Positions 28,037 through 38,508 of a stretch of 64,000 bases of DNA are shown here, piece after piece. The notes beneath the pieces are model-generated. The model saw only the letters and a program-made list of their open reading frames with translations. It was not told where the DNA came from and searched no databases. Positions within the stretch are counted from its first letter, which is position 1. Each line of letters begins with the position of its first letter. The stretch lies in sequence record LR756508.1; one strand, written 5' to 3'. The translations under genes were made by a program, and so were the position numbers.

Positions 28037-28756
28037 ATGAGTAGTCTGTATGATTCTAAAAAACTAAGTAAAAAAGAGCATGACTTTCTTCTTCAGTTTC
28101 TTGAATTCAACCTTTATGAGATAAAATACTATAATACAGAAAGTAATACTAACAACCTCCGTGAAAAGTTTGAAGCATCGTATCAGAGTGCTTTCAATGA
28201 TCTAAATCTTTTCATTTCTAAAGAAGTTGAAAATCCTCTTCAAATTATAATAGTTCATTCTCACATTCGTCTCTTGAACACCTCAGATTTTCATAGAAAA
28301 AATTATGAAAGAGCAACACAAGAGCTTGAAAATCAAATTAAACCTGAACAAGAAATCATAATCCCCCATCCTGACATAACTGGGTATTTGTCTCTGAAAG
28401 ACGAATGTGCTAACATTCTTGCACGTCAAAATTGGAAAGAGATCTATAAGACAGCTCTTAAACAAGCCGGGTTATGGTTCACCTATACTCAATCTGGCTT
28501 TGAGCAAAACAGCTCAAAATTCGATGAGGACTTCAAAGCAAAATGGATATCCTCTATGAAATTTTTGAATGATAAAGTGGACTCTCTTATCGAAGAAAGA
28601 AGTATCGATAAGATGGTGGAACCTGAAGTAGTAAACTCGAATGATAAAAGACCAGACTCTTTTCTCTTCTCTTTTCAATCCAGGTTAGAAAAGAAAATTT
28701 ATGAGACTGGTTTCACATTTAAAGAGTTTTTTCCTGTAAAATTTAACCATACTTGA
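28037..28756 (+). CDS. hypothetical protein
   Basis: 239-aa ORF. Confidence 0.65.
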   Translation: MSSLYDSKKLSKKEHDFLLQFLEFNLYEIKYYNTESNTNNLREKFEASYQSAFNDLNLFISKEVENPLQIIIVHSHIRLLNTSDFHRKNYERATQELENQIKPEQEIIIPHPDITGYLSLKDECANILARQNWKEIYKTALKQAGLWFTYTQSGFEQNSSKFDEDFKAKWISSMKFLNDKVDSLIEERSIDKMVEPEVVNSNDKRPDSFLFSFQSRLEKKIYETGFTFKEFFPVKFNHT

Positions 28757-28801
28757 GATCTTTATAATCTTTAAGTTCTGTCTATAACAATAGTTTTTGA
28801 T

Positions 28802-29242
28802 ATGCAAAAAAGTTTTGCTCACATTTTATCTACAAAAGGACAATTGAACTGGATGAAAGGAGATATAATTGAAGACTTTAAGGTTATTGATCCCTGCGCG
28901 TTGGTGAGAAAAAGTGCGCAACATCCAAAAGGATATGAGATTTGTAGAGCAGTTCTTATTGGAATACAGAATCCTAACGGGGGATGGGAGAGTGAGCATT
29001 TCATTCCACGTTATAAGTCTGGAGACCAGCACTGGGATGATGAATTTAAGAATCAAGGATATCACAATGAGTTTACTTATCTAAGTGAAAAAGAGGCTAA
29101 TAAGCTAATAAGTAATCCAAATAAGATACAAAATATTATTGGAGTTAACTATAAGAATCAAAGGTTCACGATTGGGATGGAGGAAGAGACGCGAGAAGAG
29201 TTTCAAACTAAGTGGATGGACCCTGACTATCTTTTTGCTTAA
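28802..29242 (+). CDS. hypothetical protein
   Basis: 146-aa ORF. Confidence 0.65.
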   Translation: MQKSFAHILSTKGQLNWMKGDIIEDFKVIDPCALVRKSAQHPKGYEICRAVLIGIQNPNGGWESEHFIPRYKSGDQHWDDEFKNQGYHNEFTYLSEKEANKLISNPNKIQNIIGVNYKNQRFTIGMEEETREEFQTKWMDPDYLFA

Positions 29243-29363
29243 AGCTGGAGTTGAGCCCTTGAAGTTTTGGATGAAATTTGAGAGAGAAATATCAAAACTA
29301 AAATATTCCATTTTCAGTTTGATATTTAACAATGAATCCTCAGCTTAGATAAAGAGAATACCT

Positions 29364-30278
29364 TTGGACTACTCAAACTTTGCTAAAGATCTATTTACTG
29401 AAGACCAAAAGAAAAATCTCCAGGAAAAATTAATTCTTTACAATGACGGAGCCAGATACGGTCAAGCCGTCTTCTTAGCTGGTGGGACCGCTTCTGGAAA
29501 AAGTTTTGCGATCAAAAATTTTTTGGAAGGTGAAAAATTTAAAGTTTTGGATGTTGACAAATGGAAAGAGGTTTATTCCAATCTAAAAAAGAAGATGGAA
29601 AAATTTCCAAAACTAATGAAAAAAAGTGACCTGGCTGACAGGTATCCTGATATTCAAGACTTAGACCTTGATAATCCTCAAGATGTTAAGAAGCTCCATC
29701 AGTTCATTAAAGACAAAGAGATACATAAAAAATATATATCAAATCTTGTAGGAGAAAAAGATTCTGAGAGGCTGCCAAATATACTATTTGATGTAACCTT
29801 AAAAGACATATCTAAGGTTCACACCTTTCTTCCTCAGTTAAAAAAATCTGGTTATAAATCAAAAAACATCCACATAACCTGGGTTCTTACTGACTATGAG
29901 ATTGCCGTAGAAAGAAATCGCGAAAGAGATAGAATTGTCCCTGATGATATCGTTCTTAAATCTCACAAGGGTTCTGCAGAAACAATGATTGATATTGTTA
30001 AAAAAGGAACGCCCAAAGGGATCGACGGCTCCATTCGAATTATTCTTAACAATCCCGAAACAACAGTTTTTTGGAAAAGAGAAGGAGATCCAGTTCAAAC
30101 GTCAAAAGATGAAGATTACTTTGTTATTGATGACTTTGAGTATGTTACTTTGAAAGAAGCAGGAAAGTCATTCAAAGATACTCGTTCAATTAAAAAACAA
30201 TTGTTCAAATGGATAAAAAACAATGTTCCGAAAACTGCAGACATATGGAAGAAGATGAAAAAGAGCACAAAGAAGTAG
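29364..30278 (+). CDS. P-loop kinase, zeta-toxin/AAA_33-like
   Basis: VFLAGGTASGKSF, LDVD, ILFDVT, ERNRERDRIVP. Confidence 0.7.
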   Translation: MDYSNFAKDLFTEDQKKNLQEKLILYNDGARYGQAVFLAGGTASGKSFAIKNFLEGEKFKVLDVDKWKEVYSNLKKKMEKFPKLMKKSDLADRYPDIQDLDLDNPQDVKKLHQFIKDKEIHKKYISNLVGEKDSERLPNILFDVTLKDISKVHTFLPQLKKSGYKSKNIHITWVLTDYEIAVERNRERDRIVPDDIVLKSHKGSAETMIDIVKKGTPKGIDGSIRIILNNPETTVFWKREGDPVQTSKDEDYFVIDDFEYVTLKEAGKSFKDTRSIKKQLFKWIKNNVPKTADIWKKMKKSTKK

Positions 30279-30395
30279 ACAATAATGAAAACCAAAAATA
30301 TACAAAAGGGACGGTTAGTAGAGAAAGGTGGAAGGAAATTTTAAATAAAGCTGAATAGTTCTGTAAGAAAACAACAAAAAAAGTTAAATCTGGTT

Positions 30396-31082
30396 ATGAA
30401 GTATTTTTCACTTGATATAGAAACCACTGGCCTTGACAAAGAAAATCATCAAGTCCTTGAAATTGGCGGGGTTATTGACGATCTAGAAAACCCACTTCCT
30501 TTAAGTCAGCTTCCCGAGTTTCACTGTTACGTCACACACGACGTTTATAACGTTTCCGAGTACTGCCTGGGTCTCCATACCGAAACTGGAATTTTTGATG
30601 ACTTGTCAGATCGAAAAGACGAGTACAGATATCTAAGACCGAATCGTGTCGCGTATCATATAGGTAAGTTTGTCTACGATGAATACCTCTCCGAAGAAGA
30701 CCGTTATACCGATAAATTGGGAAACGTATTAGAATGGAAAAAAGTTTACGACGAGCTTCTAGAGTCGGGAGAGGGACGGCATATTATTCCCGTTGACGAC
30801 TTTCTGCCTATGACAGTAGTCGCCGCTGGCAAAAACTTCAACTCTTTTGATTCTGACTTTATCAATCAGATCCCTAACATTCAAAATATTATCCGTTTTC
30901 ATCATCGCGTTGTAGACCCTGGACCTATGTATTTGGAGTCTACAGACGAGAAGCCTCCAAACCTAAAAACCTGCCTGGAACGAGCCGGGATGGACGACGA
31001 AGTTCCTCACAATGCTGTAGACGATTCTAAATTAGTAGTCAAACTAATTCGAAATTATTTTGGAATAGAGTTAGAAGAGTAA
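30396..31082 (+). CDS. DEDDh 3'-5' exonuclease
   Basis: LDIETTG, GKNFNSFD, HNAVDD. Confidence 0.85.
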   Translation: MKYFSLDIETTGLDKENHQVLEIGGVIDDLENPLPLSQLPEFHCYVTHDVYNVSEYCLGLHTETGIFDDLSDRKDEYRYLRPNRVAYHIGKFVYDEYLSEEDRYTDKLGNVLEWKKVYDELLESGEGRHIIPVDDFLPMTVVAAGKNFNSFDSDFINQIPNIQNIIRFHHRVVDPGPMYLESTDEKPPNLKTCLERAGMDDEVPHNAVDDSKLVVKLIRNYFGIELEE

Positions 31083-31085
31083 GAA

Positions 31086-31367
31086 ATGCACATCAAAGTT
31101 TATAAGAATACTAAAGAATCCAAAAACAAAGGAATTAAAAACTGGCCATCAAACGCAAAGTATGTTTTTAGTGTCCAGTGCTATTCAGTGAGATCTGCTT
31201 TAAACCTGATTAAGAACTCAGATGAAGGAGATTTAGAAAAGCTGGATGTAAGTGATGGGGACTTTCTGGTTGCCGAAGATGGAGTTCCATATATTGTGTC
31301 TGATAACTGCTCAGTTGTAAAGCGCTTCAATGGAAAGAAACTTGAAGTCACGTCCTATGGCCAATAG
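31086..31367 (+). CDS. hypothetical protein
   Basis: 93-aa ORF. Confidence 0.6.
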   Translation: MHIKVYKNTKESKNKGIKNWPSNAKYVFSVQCYSVRSALNLIKNSDEGDLEKLDVSDGDFLVAEDGVPYIVSDNCSVVKRFNGKKLEVTSYGQ

Positions 31368-31381
31368 CATAAACTTAAGGA

Positions 31382-31717
31382 ATGAAGCCTAAAATTAATT
31401 CTTTAGTAGAAGCGAACACCGAAGATGAGGTAGTATCTATCCTCAAGTCTCTTGACCCCCTCCGGCTATATGAGCTTTGTCGACATGTAGCTAAAAACTT
31501 TGGAACTGAAATTGAAAGTGGTTTTGCATTTAAAGATCAGAGTTTGATAATCGATTTTTTCGAAGAAAATAAAAAGATAGTTTTCGCCATAGCTAAGCCA
31601 GAAAAAGGGTACCGAAAGGTTTTAGAATGGGGAGAAAATGGATTAACATACATCGATCCGATTCCGTTATGGCGAAATGTGCATAAACTTGAAGAGAAAT
31701 TCAATCAAAAAACTTAG
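31382..31717 (+). CDS. hypothetical protein
   Basis: 111-aa ORF. Confidence 0.6.
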   Translation: MKPKINSLVEANTEDEVVSILKSLDPLRLYELCRHVAKNFGTEIESGFAFKDQSLIIDFFEENKKIVFAIAKPEKGYRKVLEWGENGLTYIDPIPLWRNVHKLEEKFNQKT

Positions 31718-31721
31718 TTTT

Positions 31722-31970
31722 ATGGAAACTATATCGCTTAATGACGTTCAACAATACGAGAATATTACGGCTTCGGTCTCGAAAACTCCGACCGTTTCAA
31801 ACACCCTGAATGAACTCAGCAGAAAAGTGAAAGCGAGGGCTAATAATAAAGAAGGAAACTGGAAATTCCTCGGTGGAATTAAAACTTTTGATCGGGATGG
31901 CAACTTTTATGCTGCTCAAACTATAGTGAAAGTTGCCGAAGGAGAAGATGGCAAAGAACTTTTGACTTAG
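31722..31970 (+). CDS. hypothetical protein
   Basis: ATG at 31722; ORF track starts at 31677. Confidence 0.55.
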   Translation: METISLNDVQQYENITASVSKTPTVSNTLNELSRKVKARANNKEGNWKFLGGIKTFDRDGNFYAAQTIVKVAEGEDGKELLT

Positions 31971-32084
31971 CTGTTAACGGGTTCTCTAAGGCTTTAAAAC
32001 CCCTCTTTATGGTAGTTAAGTGTGTAAAAAAAGTTCTCAAGAGTGGAACCTAACCATAACTAATAAAAGGTTATACTTAATACT

Positions 32085-32840
32085 ATGCAAGCAAATCCGT
32101 CCAGCCGCTGGAAAAACGAAGCGGTAAAACTCGTTGAGAATCACGACTTTACTTACAAAACTTCCTACGACGCTGGCAGAGAGTTCAGGCAGGAAGACCA
32201 CCAGTGTGATTTCTGTGGAACCCATTTGAGGTACACAGTAGTTATTAAGGCGAAAGATAATCCAAACATCAAAAAAGAGATTGGATTAGACTGCCTTGAG
32301 CACGCTTTTGGAACTTCGTGGAGTAGACTTCAAGACGTAGAGCGAGATATTGAGGAGCTTAAAGAAGAAGCGAAAAAGAAAAGAAGAAAAGAAAAGTATC
32401 AAGAAGAGTTTGGAGAACTGATAGAGTGGATTAGAAATTACTTGGACGTAAAATATAACGGTTTCCTTGAAGACATGTTGGAGATCTTGGAAACGGGAAA
32501 AAGCGAGTGGACAAGAAACATGGAAGATGCAGTTCGTGAGATCGTAAATGAAACCGACTTGGAAGAACTGGAGCGTAAAAAAAGAGATCAAGAGCGAGAT
32601 AAGGAAAGCAAGACTAGAAAAATTAAGAAGCTGAAAACCTTAATTGAAGAAGTAGACGACAGGATTGATCCTGAAGATTCGGAAATGGAGAAAAGAGCGC
32701 TCTGTTCATCTTATGATTTTGCAGCCGACGTTTTGGAGTTTCTACAAAGAAGGGATTATATCACTGAGGGTCAGATGGAAGCTATAAACGATACCTGGAG
32801 CGACTACAAAGAAAAGGAAAAAGAGGAAGTACCAGCTTAA
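32085..32840 (+). CDS. hypothetical protein with Zn-binding N-terminus and coiled coil
   Basis: CDFCG..IGLDC. Confidence 0.7.
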   Translation: MQANPSSRWKNEAVKLVENHDFTYKTSYDAGREFRQEDHQCDFCGTHLRYTVVIKAKDNPNIKKEIGLDCLEHAFGTSWSRLQDVERDIEELKEEAKKKRRKEKYQEEFGELIEWIRNYLDVKYNGFLEDMLEILETGKSEWTRNMEDAVREIVNETDLEELERKKRDQERDKESKTRKIKKLKTLIEEVDDRIDPEDSEMEKRALCSSYDFAADVLEFLQRRDYITEGQMEAINDTWSDYKEKEKEEVPA

Positions 32841-33136
32841 CTCCTATCCTTTAGAAACTGTATTAGCTTCTTCTGCTTTTCTATCATTTCTTCTTTTGAG
32901 ACACTTCTAAGTAAGTCTTTGTACAAACTTCCGTTTTCATAAAACTTCCTCAGCCGAATTGAAATCATAAATGCGGCAATGTAGCATAAAGATAGGATAA
33001 CTAAGCCAGATAAGGTTTCAAACTGCAGACCCACGTACAAAAACCCTTGATTCAAAAGCAAAATAAGCAGAAACCCAATCGATCCACAGATGAAGTCCCG
33101 CAGCAGGTTTTGTACAAAGCTCAAAAAGTTTTTCAT
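32837..33136 (-). CDS. 2-TM membrane protein
   Basis: Minus-strand ORF with hydrophobic segments, convergent with its neighbour. Confidence 0.55.
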   Translation of the reverse strand: MKNFLSFVQNLLRDFICGSIGFLLILLLNQGFLYVGLQFETLSGLVILSLCYIAAFMISIRLRKFYENGSLYKDLLRSVSKEEMIEKQKKLIQFLKDRS

Positions 33137-33169
33137 ATCACTTGCACTTTTTGAAATAATTAAATACCA

Positions 33170-33427
33170 ATGTTAAATAGCTATATCTTGTCTAAACTAC
33201 GTAAAGCCCATAAGTTCTTAACGTTGAATGTAGTGGGATTCCCTTTTTGGATCATTCGACATGTAAATGGCTCTGAGTGGTTTGTAATTAAGAGTTTTTC
33301 GGTTTTCCAAGTTCCATTTGTCACTGCTTTTTTTGGCGTAAATGGTCCATACTACAAGAAAGAGGATGCCGAACAGGTTTTGAAGCTTGTGAAAAATGGA
33401 AAAGCCGAGATGGTTCCCTCCTCTTAA
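33170..33427 (+). CDS. hypothetical protein
   Basis: 85-aa ORF. Confidence 0.5.
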   Translation: MLNSYILSKLRKAHKFLTLNVVGFPFWIIRHVNGSEWFVIKSFSVFQVPFVTAFFGVNGPYYKKEDAEQVLKLVKNGKAEMVPSS

Positions 33428-33447
33428 AAATTCTTCATAGTTTCTAC

Positions 33448-33474
33448 GGAACGTCCATTCATTAGCTTTGTTAA
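33448..33474 (+). promoter_or_regulatory. ECF-sigma-like promoter GGAAC-N17-GTTAA
   Basis: Same motif and spacing, upstream of ORF 33514. Confidence 0.45.
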
Positions 33475-33513
33475 ATTAATACATCATATCAATCACCTAT
33501 ATCCTATTCAAAT

Positions 33514-34605
33514 ATGGCTTCTTACACTGAATTTAAAGAAGAGGCAATTGAAAATCAGCCTCGCTACTACAAAACGCGCCTAAAGCACTTCCGCCTGGAA
33601 TCTCCGAATAAGATCAATATCGAGGGAAAGAAGTTTCCTCTTTCCGATGATGGCCTCGATTCCATCCGAGATTTTGTTCGGATGCCGAAGAGGTTTTCCG
33701 CTCGAATGACAAAAAGACTCGGAGACGACGCAACGGTTTCACTTATGGATGCCCTTCGAAAAGGCAAGGCAAACATGAGTGAAGACAAGCAGGTGTTCGT
33801 TGTCTTTGATCCTGATTCTTCGGACGTGAAAGCAATCAAAAACCATTATCCACGTCTTACGAGGAAAGGGTATTTTGACCTTGTGGAGCGTGTAATTGAC
33901 GAATTCAATCTTGATATTATCGGATACTCCGAAGATGACGATGGTGAAAATATGCTTCGCGTGAAGACCGAAAAGAAAGGTGAAAAAGTTCGGATGGCAG
34001 ATGTGGAGAACGAGGTTTTTCGCGCTGGCCCCGCATTTGTTTCGGATTTTGGAAACCTTGGCATCCACTCATTTATGCTCCGAATGGTCTGCTCCAACGG
34101 AATGATTGTCCGTAGGGAGGAACAAGACTTTCAAGCCAAGCTTAACCGTGAAGACATGACGGAATTCTTCGAATACATGACCGAGCTTGAAGAGAATCAT
34201 TTCGTTCCCGAGTCTTTTCGCGATAACGTTTATCGGGCAATGGAGCACCCTGCATCCTTTCGGGAGCTTGAACAAGTTCGGAGCGTAATCCGAAATGATG
34301 GTGAATGGACCTCCGACGATGGCGAGGTCGACAGGTTCGTTCCTTACTACGAAAACGTCTCAGCGTATCGCGATGTTGGAGTAGATGTAAACGAGATGTC
34401 TCACCGAGAGAAGCGAAATGCCCGGACGAACATTGAGGTATGGGATCTTGTCAATAACTTGACGAGCTTCGCTACCCACGACCCGCTGGATATTGGGTTC
34501 TCCGAAAGCGATGAAGACCAGATGATTACAAAGGCTGGAGAGATTTTGAGTGGAAAGTTCGATACCGAAGACCTCCCACCCCAGCCGAACTTTCGGATGA
34601 ATTAG
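33514..34605 (+). CDS. DUF932-like phage protein
   Basis: LRMVCSNGMIV motif; WDLVNNLTSFATH. Confidence 0.7.
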   Translation: MASYTEFKEEAIENQPRYYKTRLKHFRLESPNKINIEGKKFPLSDDGLDSIRDFVRMPKRFSARMTKRLGDDATVSLMDALRKGKANMSEDKQVFVVFDPDSSDVKAIKNHYPRLTRKGYFDLVERVIDEFNLDIIGYSEDDDGENMLRVKTEKKGEKVRMADVENEVFRAGPAFVSDFGNLGIHSFMLRMVCSNGMIVRREEQDFQAKLNREDMTEFFEYMTELEENHFVPESFRDNVYRAMEHPASFRELEQVRSVIRNDGEWTSDDGEVDRFVPYYENVSAYRDVGVDVNEMSHREKRNARTNIEVWDLVNNLTSFATHDPLDIGFSESDEDQMITKAGEILSGKFDTEDLPPQPNFRMN

Positions 34606-34621
34606 GTTCCTCCGAGTTTTG

Positions 34622-34659
34622 AGGAGTGGGGGAGTGATCCCCCACTCCTTAACTTTTTG
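34622..34659 (+). terminator. intrinsic terminator
   Basis: AGGAGTGGGGG-AGTGAT-CCCCCACTCCT, then TAACTTTTT. Confidence 0.75.
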
Positions 34660-34859
34660 TTAGTCTATATTGAGTAAAAATACGTAAACTTAATACAGAA
34701 GTATGATAGAATATTTGATTCTCATCATAATCGTAACTGCCTCAATTTTGATCATTCCTCAAATGCTAACTAAAAAGATTTAGGTTTAGTTTAAAGTCCT
34801 ACAAACTGCTATATATCTTTGAGTTAAAAACACACTGATACAAAAAAGGTAACTTTATA

Positions 34860-36833
34860 ATGAGTGAAGAATCCGATTCAGTAGTAGAAAATTTCGGTAG
34901 AAATCTTACTGAATTAGCTAAGAAGGGCGAACTTGATCCGGTTATTGGTCGAGAACAAGAGATCAAGAGAGTCTCGCAGGTTCTGGTTCGTAGGAAGAAG
35001 AATAATCCCGTCCTTATTGGGAGTCCTGGCGTTGGAAAGTCGGCAATAATCGAGGGTCTTGCAAAAAAAATTGTCCAAAGAGATACAAATCGCTCCCTTT
35101 TTGATGTTGAAATTGTAGAGTTAAATTTGACATCCCTTGTAGCAGGAACAAGATACCGAGGGCAGTTTGAAGACCGAATGAGAGCAGTTATCGATGAGCT
35201 TGAAAATGAAGAGGACAAGCTTCTTTTCATCGATGAACTTCATACGATTATGGGAACAGGCCAGGCGAGAGGTGGACTGGATGCGTCCAACATGTTAAAA
35301 CCTGCGCTCGCGGACGGAAGGCTTCAATGCATCGGTGCAACAACCTTGGAAGAATATCGGAATATTGAAGATAATGGTGCCCTAGAGAGGAGGTTTCAAA
35401 AGGTAGTTGTTGATCCATCCAGCGAGGAGGAAACTAAAAACATCTTACGAAATATTCGGCAATACTACGAAGACTTCCACAATGTAAAGTATAGCGATGA
35501 AATTATTGACCGAGCCGTCCAGCTTGCTGCAAGATATATTACAAACAGGTATTTTCCCGATAAGGCGGTCGATATCATCGATGAGGTAGGCTCTCGTGTA
35601 AATATTGAAAACATCGAGCCTCCTGAAAAACTTATTGAGATTGAAGAAAAATATGATGAACTTGAAGAAGAAAAACAGGAGGCCGTGTCTGAGCAGGAGT
35701 TTGAAGCTGCTGCTGACCTGCGAGATAAACAGGAGCAGCTTGAAAATCTCTATGAACAAGAAAAAGAAAACTGGAAAGAGGTAAGAAATGAAAACTACTA
35801 CGACGTAAAGGAAGATGATATTGCAGAAGTGGTTTCTATGATTACCGATATTCCAAAAGAAAAGATTTCTGCAGACACGAAAGATAAGGTTCTCGGGCTC
35901 GACAAGAGAATGAAAGAACGTGTAGTTGGACAGGATCGAGCTATCGAGACCGTGACAAGTGCCATGAAAAGAGCCACGAGCGGTATTAAAGACCCTGATC
36001 GCCCGATTGGCACTTTTCTTTTTCTGGGTCCCACCGGGGTGGGGAAAACTCTGAGCGCTAAAGTTCTTACCGAAGAGATCTTTGAATCTCAAAAGAATCT
36101 TGTTCGGATTGACATGAGTGAGTACCAGGAAAAGTTTGAATCTACAAAACTCATGGGATCTCCTCCTGGTTACGTTGGGCACGAAGAGGGTGGCGATCTT
36201 ACCGAAAAGGTTCGTAGAAATCCGTACTCGGTCGTTCTACTTGATGAAATTGAGAAAGCCCACCCTGATATTTTTAATACCCTCCTGCAAATCATGGACG
36301 ATGGGATCATGACCGATGGAATGGGCCGAGAAGTTGACTTTACGAACACAATCCTCATCATGACCTCTAATGTTGGAAGTGAAGAGCTTGTATCAAGCGG
36401 TTCGGACATCGGGTTTAGTCCAGGAGATTCAGGTGACCCACTTTCTTATGAAACTATCAAGACAAAAGTTGAAGACAAGCTCGGTGACACATTTAAACCT
36501 GAGTTCCTGAATAGGTTAGATGACGTTGTAATCTTCAATGCTCTTAAAAAAGATCACATTAGAGAGATCATTGACATCGAGCTTGAAGACCTTCGAGATC
36601 GCCTAGATCTCCAAGAGATTACTTTGAACATCACTGATGGAGCTAAAGACGTATTGATTGAAAAAGGATATGACATGGAGTATGGAGCTAGGCCCCTCAA
36701 AAGGACGCTCCGAAAGCAAATTGAAGAGCCACTTTCTGATATGATTATCTCTGAAGATGTCGATGAAGGGGACGAAGTTCGAGTTAGAAAGAGAAGAAAC
36801 GAAATGGAAGTTGAAATTGATGTCAATCCTTGA
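34860..36833 (+). CDS. ClpC/ClpE-type Hsp100 ATPase lacking the N-domain
   Basis: Two AAA+ modules (GSPGVGKS; GPTGVGKT), UVR-like QEFEAAADLRD, GSPPGYVG, YGARPL. Confidence 0.9.
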   Translation: MSEESDSVVENFGRNLTELAKKGELDPVIGREQEIKRVSQVLVRRKKNNPVLIGSPGVGKSAIIEGLAKKIVQRDTNRSLFDVEIVELNLTSLVAGTRYRGQFEDRMRAVIDELENEEDKLLFIDELHTIMGTGQARGGLDASNMLKPALADGRLQCIGATTLEEYRNIEDNGALERRFQKVVVDPSSEEETKNILRNIRQYYEDFHNVKYSDEIIDRAVQLAARYITNRYFPDKAVDIIDEVGSRVNIENIEPPEKLIEIEEKYDELEEEKQEAVSEQEFEAAADLRDKQEQLENLYEQEKENWKEVRNENYYDVKEDDIAEVVSMITDIPKEKISADTKDKVLGLDKRMKERVVGQDRAIETVTSAMKRATSGIKDPDRPIGTFLFLGPTGVGKTLSAKVLTEEIFESQKNLVRIDMSEYQEKFESTKLMGSPPGYVGHEEGGDLTEKVRRNPYSVVLLDEIEKAHPDIFNTLLQIMDDGIMTDGMGREVDFTNTILIMTSNVGSEELVSSGSDIGFSPGDSGDPLSYETIKTKVEDKLGDTFKPEFLNRLDDVVIFNALKKDHIREIIDIELEDLRDRLDLQEITLNITDGAKDVLIEKGYDMEYGARPLKRTLRKQIEEPLSDMIISEDVDEGDEVRVRKRRNEMEVEIDVNP

Positions 36834-37129
36834 TGGCTAACCAATATTCTCTGAATATTAAAAAACGAGAAAGAGTCTACATTTTGAAAAGAAACTCTCT
36901 TCTGTTTCATAAGATCTCCGAAATTTTAAAAAATCGCACAGAAGGAAAGTTAAATCCCATGCTTAGATCAAGCGTAAACAGGGTATCGAGATCAATATTT
37001 AGTCTCGTTAAAAGATTCAAGCATGGCTCTAAACTTTTCCAGAACGAAAATGCAGATTTAAAGACCTTAAACCAAAATTTTGAGAGCATAAAAGATTATC
37101 CGAAGCGGTATAACATTCCATTCTATTAG
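36830..37129 (+). CDS. hypothetical protein
   Basis: 99-aa ORF. Confidence 0.5.
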   Translation: MMANQYSLNIKKRERVYILKRNSLLFHKISEILKNRTEGKLNPMLRSSVNRVSRSIFSLVKRFKHGSKLFQNENADLKTLNQNFESIKDYPKRYNIPFY

Positions 37130-37159
37130 TATTTCTAACTTAGTTTTAATAATTACATT

Positions 37160-37381
37160 ATGTCAAGAAAAAGATTTCAATACGGTCAAAGCGTCTACGT
37201 TCATTATAAAGGCGCTGGCTACGAAGGAGAGTATAAAGGCGTTGATACCTTTGAGCGAAACAAAAAGCATACTGTAGAAATTCCAAGTATGCATAGGGAG
37301 CTTTCTTTTGCAGATAACGATATTTTCGGTTCTTTAGAAGAACTTGAAGAAGCTCATCCCCAGGTAAGCTCCAACCTTTAG
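37160..37381 (+). CDS. hypothetical protein
   Basis: 73-aa ORF. Confidence 0.6.
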   Translation: MSRKRFQYGQSVYVHYKGAGYEGEYKGVDTFERNKKHTVEIPSMHRELSFADNDIFGSLEELEEAHPQVSSNL

Positions 37382-37477
37382 CTTTTCTTAACACGAGAGG
37401 CTGAAACTTTCTACTTTTCATCTCATTGAATGGGTGAATGAAAGATTGAATCCTAACCGATAACAAACCAAAAACCA

Positions 37478-38488
37478 ATGAAAGAATCGATTAACAAGGA
37501 GAAGAGTGCCATCACCATCACCGAAGAAGCAGAGGAGGCCGGAGAGTCTGTTCATCTCCCTGAAAACTTGAGTCAAATTCGCAGGTTTATTCGAAACGAG
37601 GCTCCTGACCTTCTTCCCGATGGCTTGAAGATGAAAGAGTCGAAGTGGAAGACGTTGATTCGTTCCATTCTTCGGGGGAAGAACATCTTGTTTACAGGGC
37701 ACTCTGGCTGCGGGAAAACCATCGCTGCCATGTCTGCAGTTCGCGCCTTGAAGCGAAAGTTTTTTTACTTTAACCTTGGCGCAACCCAGCGACCGCGAAC
37801 AAGCCTGATCGGAACTCGCGAAGTTGAAGATGGATCGACATACTTTTCTCCTTCCGTTTTCGTGGAAGCCATTCAAACTGAAGGGGCAGTAATCCTTCTC
37901 GATGAGCTTTCACGGGCGCACCCTGAAGCTATTAACATTCTCCTTACTCCTCTCGATCCGAAGCAGCGCTACCTGCGACTTGACGAGTCCGACGAGGAGG
38001 ATACTGTAAAGGTTCACGATAGCGTTTCCTTTGTCGGAACTGCCAACATTGGAAACGAGTATACTGCGGCACGGCGGATCGACAGGGCCATGTGGGATCG
38101 GTTCACGGTTATTGAAATGGATCTTCTCGGGCGAGAAGAAGAAAAAGATCTTATCCTGGAAACCTACCCCGAGTTGAAAGAAGAAACAGCCGCCAAGCTC
38201 GCTCGGATTGCGGAGCAAACGCGAGATCAAGCTCAAAGTAGCAGTCCCGAGGTTGAAACAATTATTTCTACTCGACAAAACCTGGAAGCCGCTGAAATGA
38301 TTCGGGACGGATTGTCGCTTGAAGAATCCGCTGAGGTAGCTTACTACCCAAACTACGATAAGGAAGGTGGAGTCGATTCTCCCCGAAACTACGTGAAGAA
38401 AGTTGTGCAGCGGGAAATTGATGATGAAAGCGACGATGAGCTATTCTCAAGTCGAGACATCGAGGAAGCTCCGCGCCGCAATAATTAA
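37478..38488 (+). CDS. MoxR-family (CbbQ/NirQ-like) AAA+ ATPase
   Basis: GHSGCGKT, ILLDELSRA, TANIG, AMWDRF. Confidence 0.88.
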   Translation: MKESINKEKSAITITEEAEEAGESVHLPENLSQIRRFIRNEAPDLLPDGLKMKESKWKTLIRSILRGKNILFTGHSGCGKTIAAMSAVRALKRKFFYFNLGATQRPRTSLIGTREVEDGSTYFSPSVFVEAIQTEGAVILLDELSRAHPEAINILLTPLDPKQRYLRLDESDEEDTVKVHDSVSFVGTANIGNEYTAARRIDRAMWDRFTVIEMDLLGREEEKDLILETYPELKEETAAKLARIAEQTRDQAQSSSPEVETIISTRQNLEAAEMIRDGLSLEESAEVAYYPNYDKEGGVDSPRNYVKKVVQREIDDESDDELFSSRDIEEAPRRNN

Positions 38489-38508
38489 ATCACAAACCAT
38501 TAGCGTTT

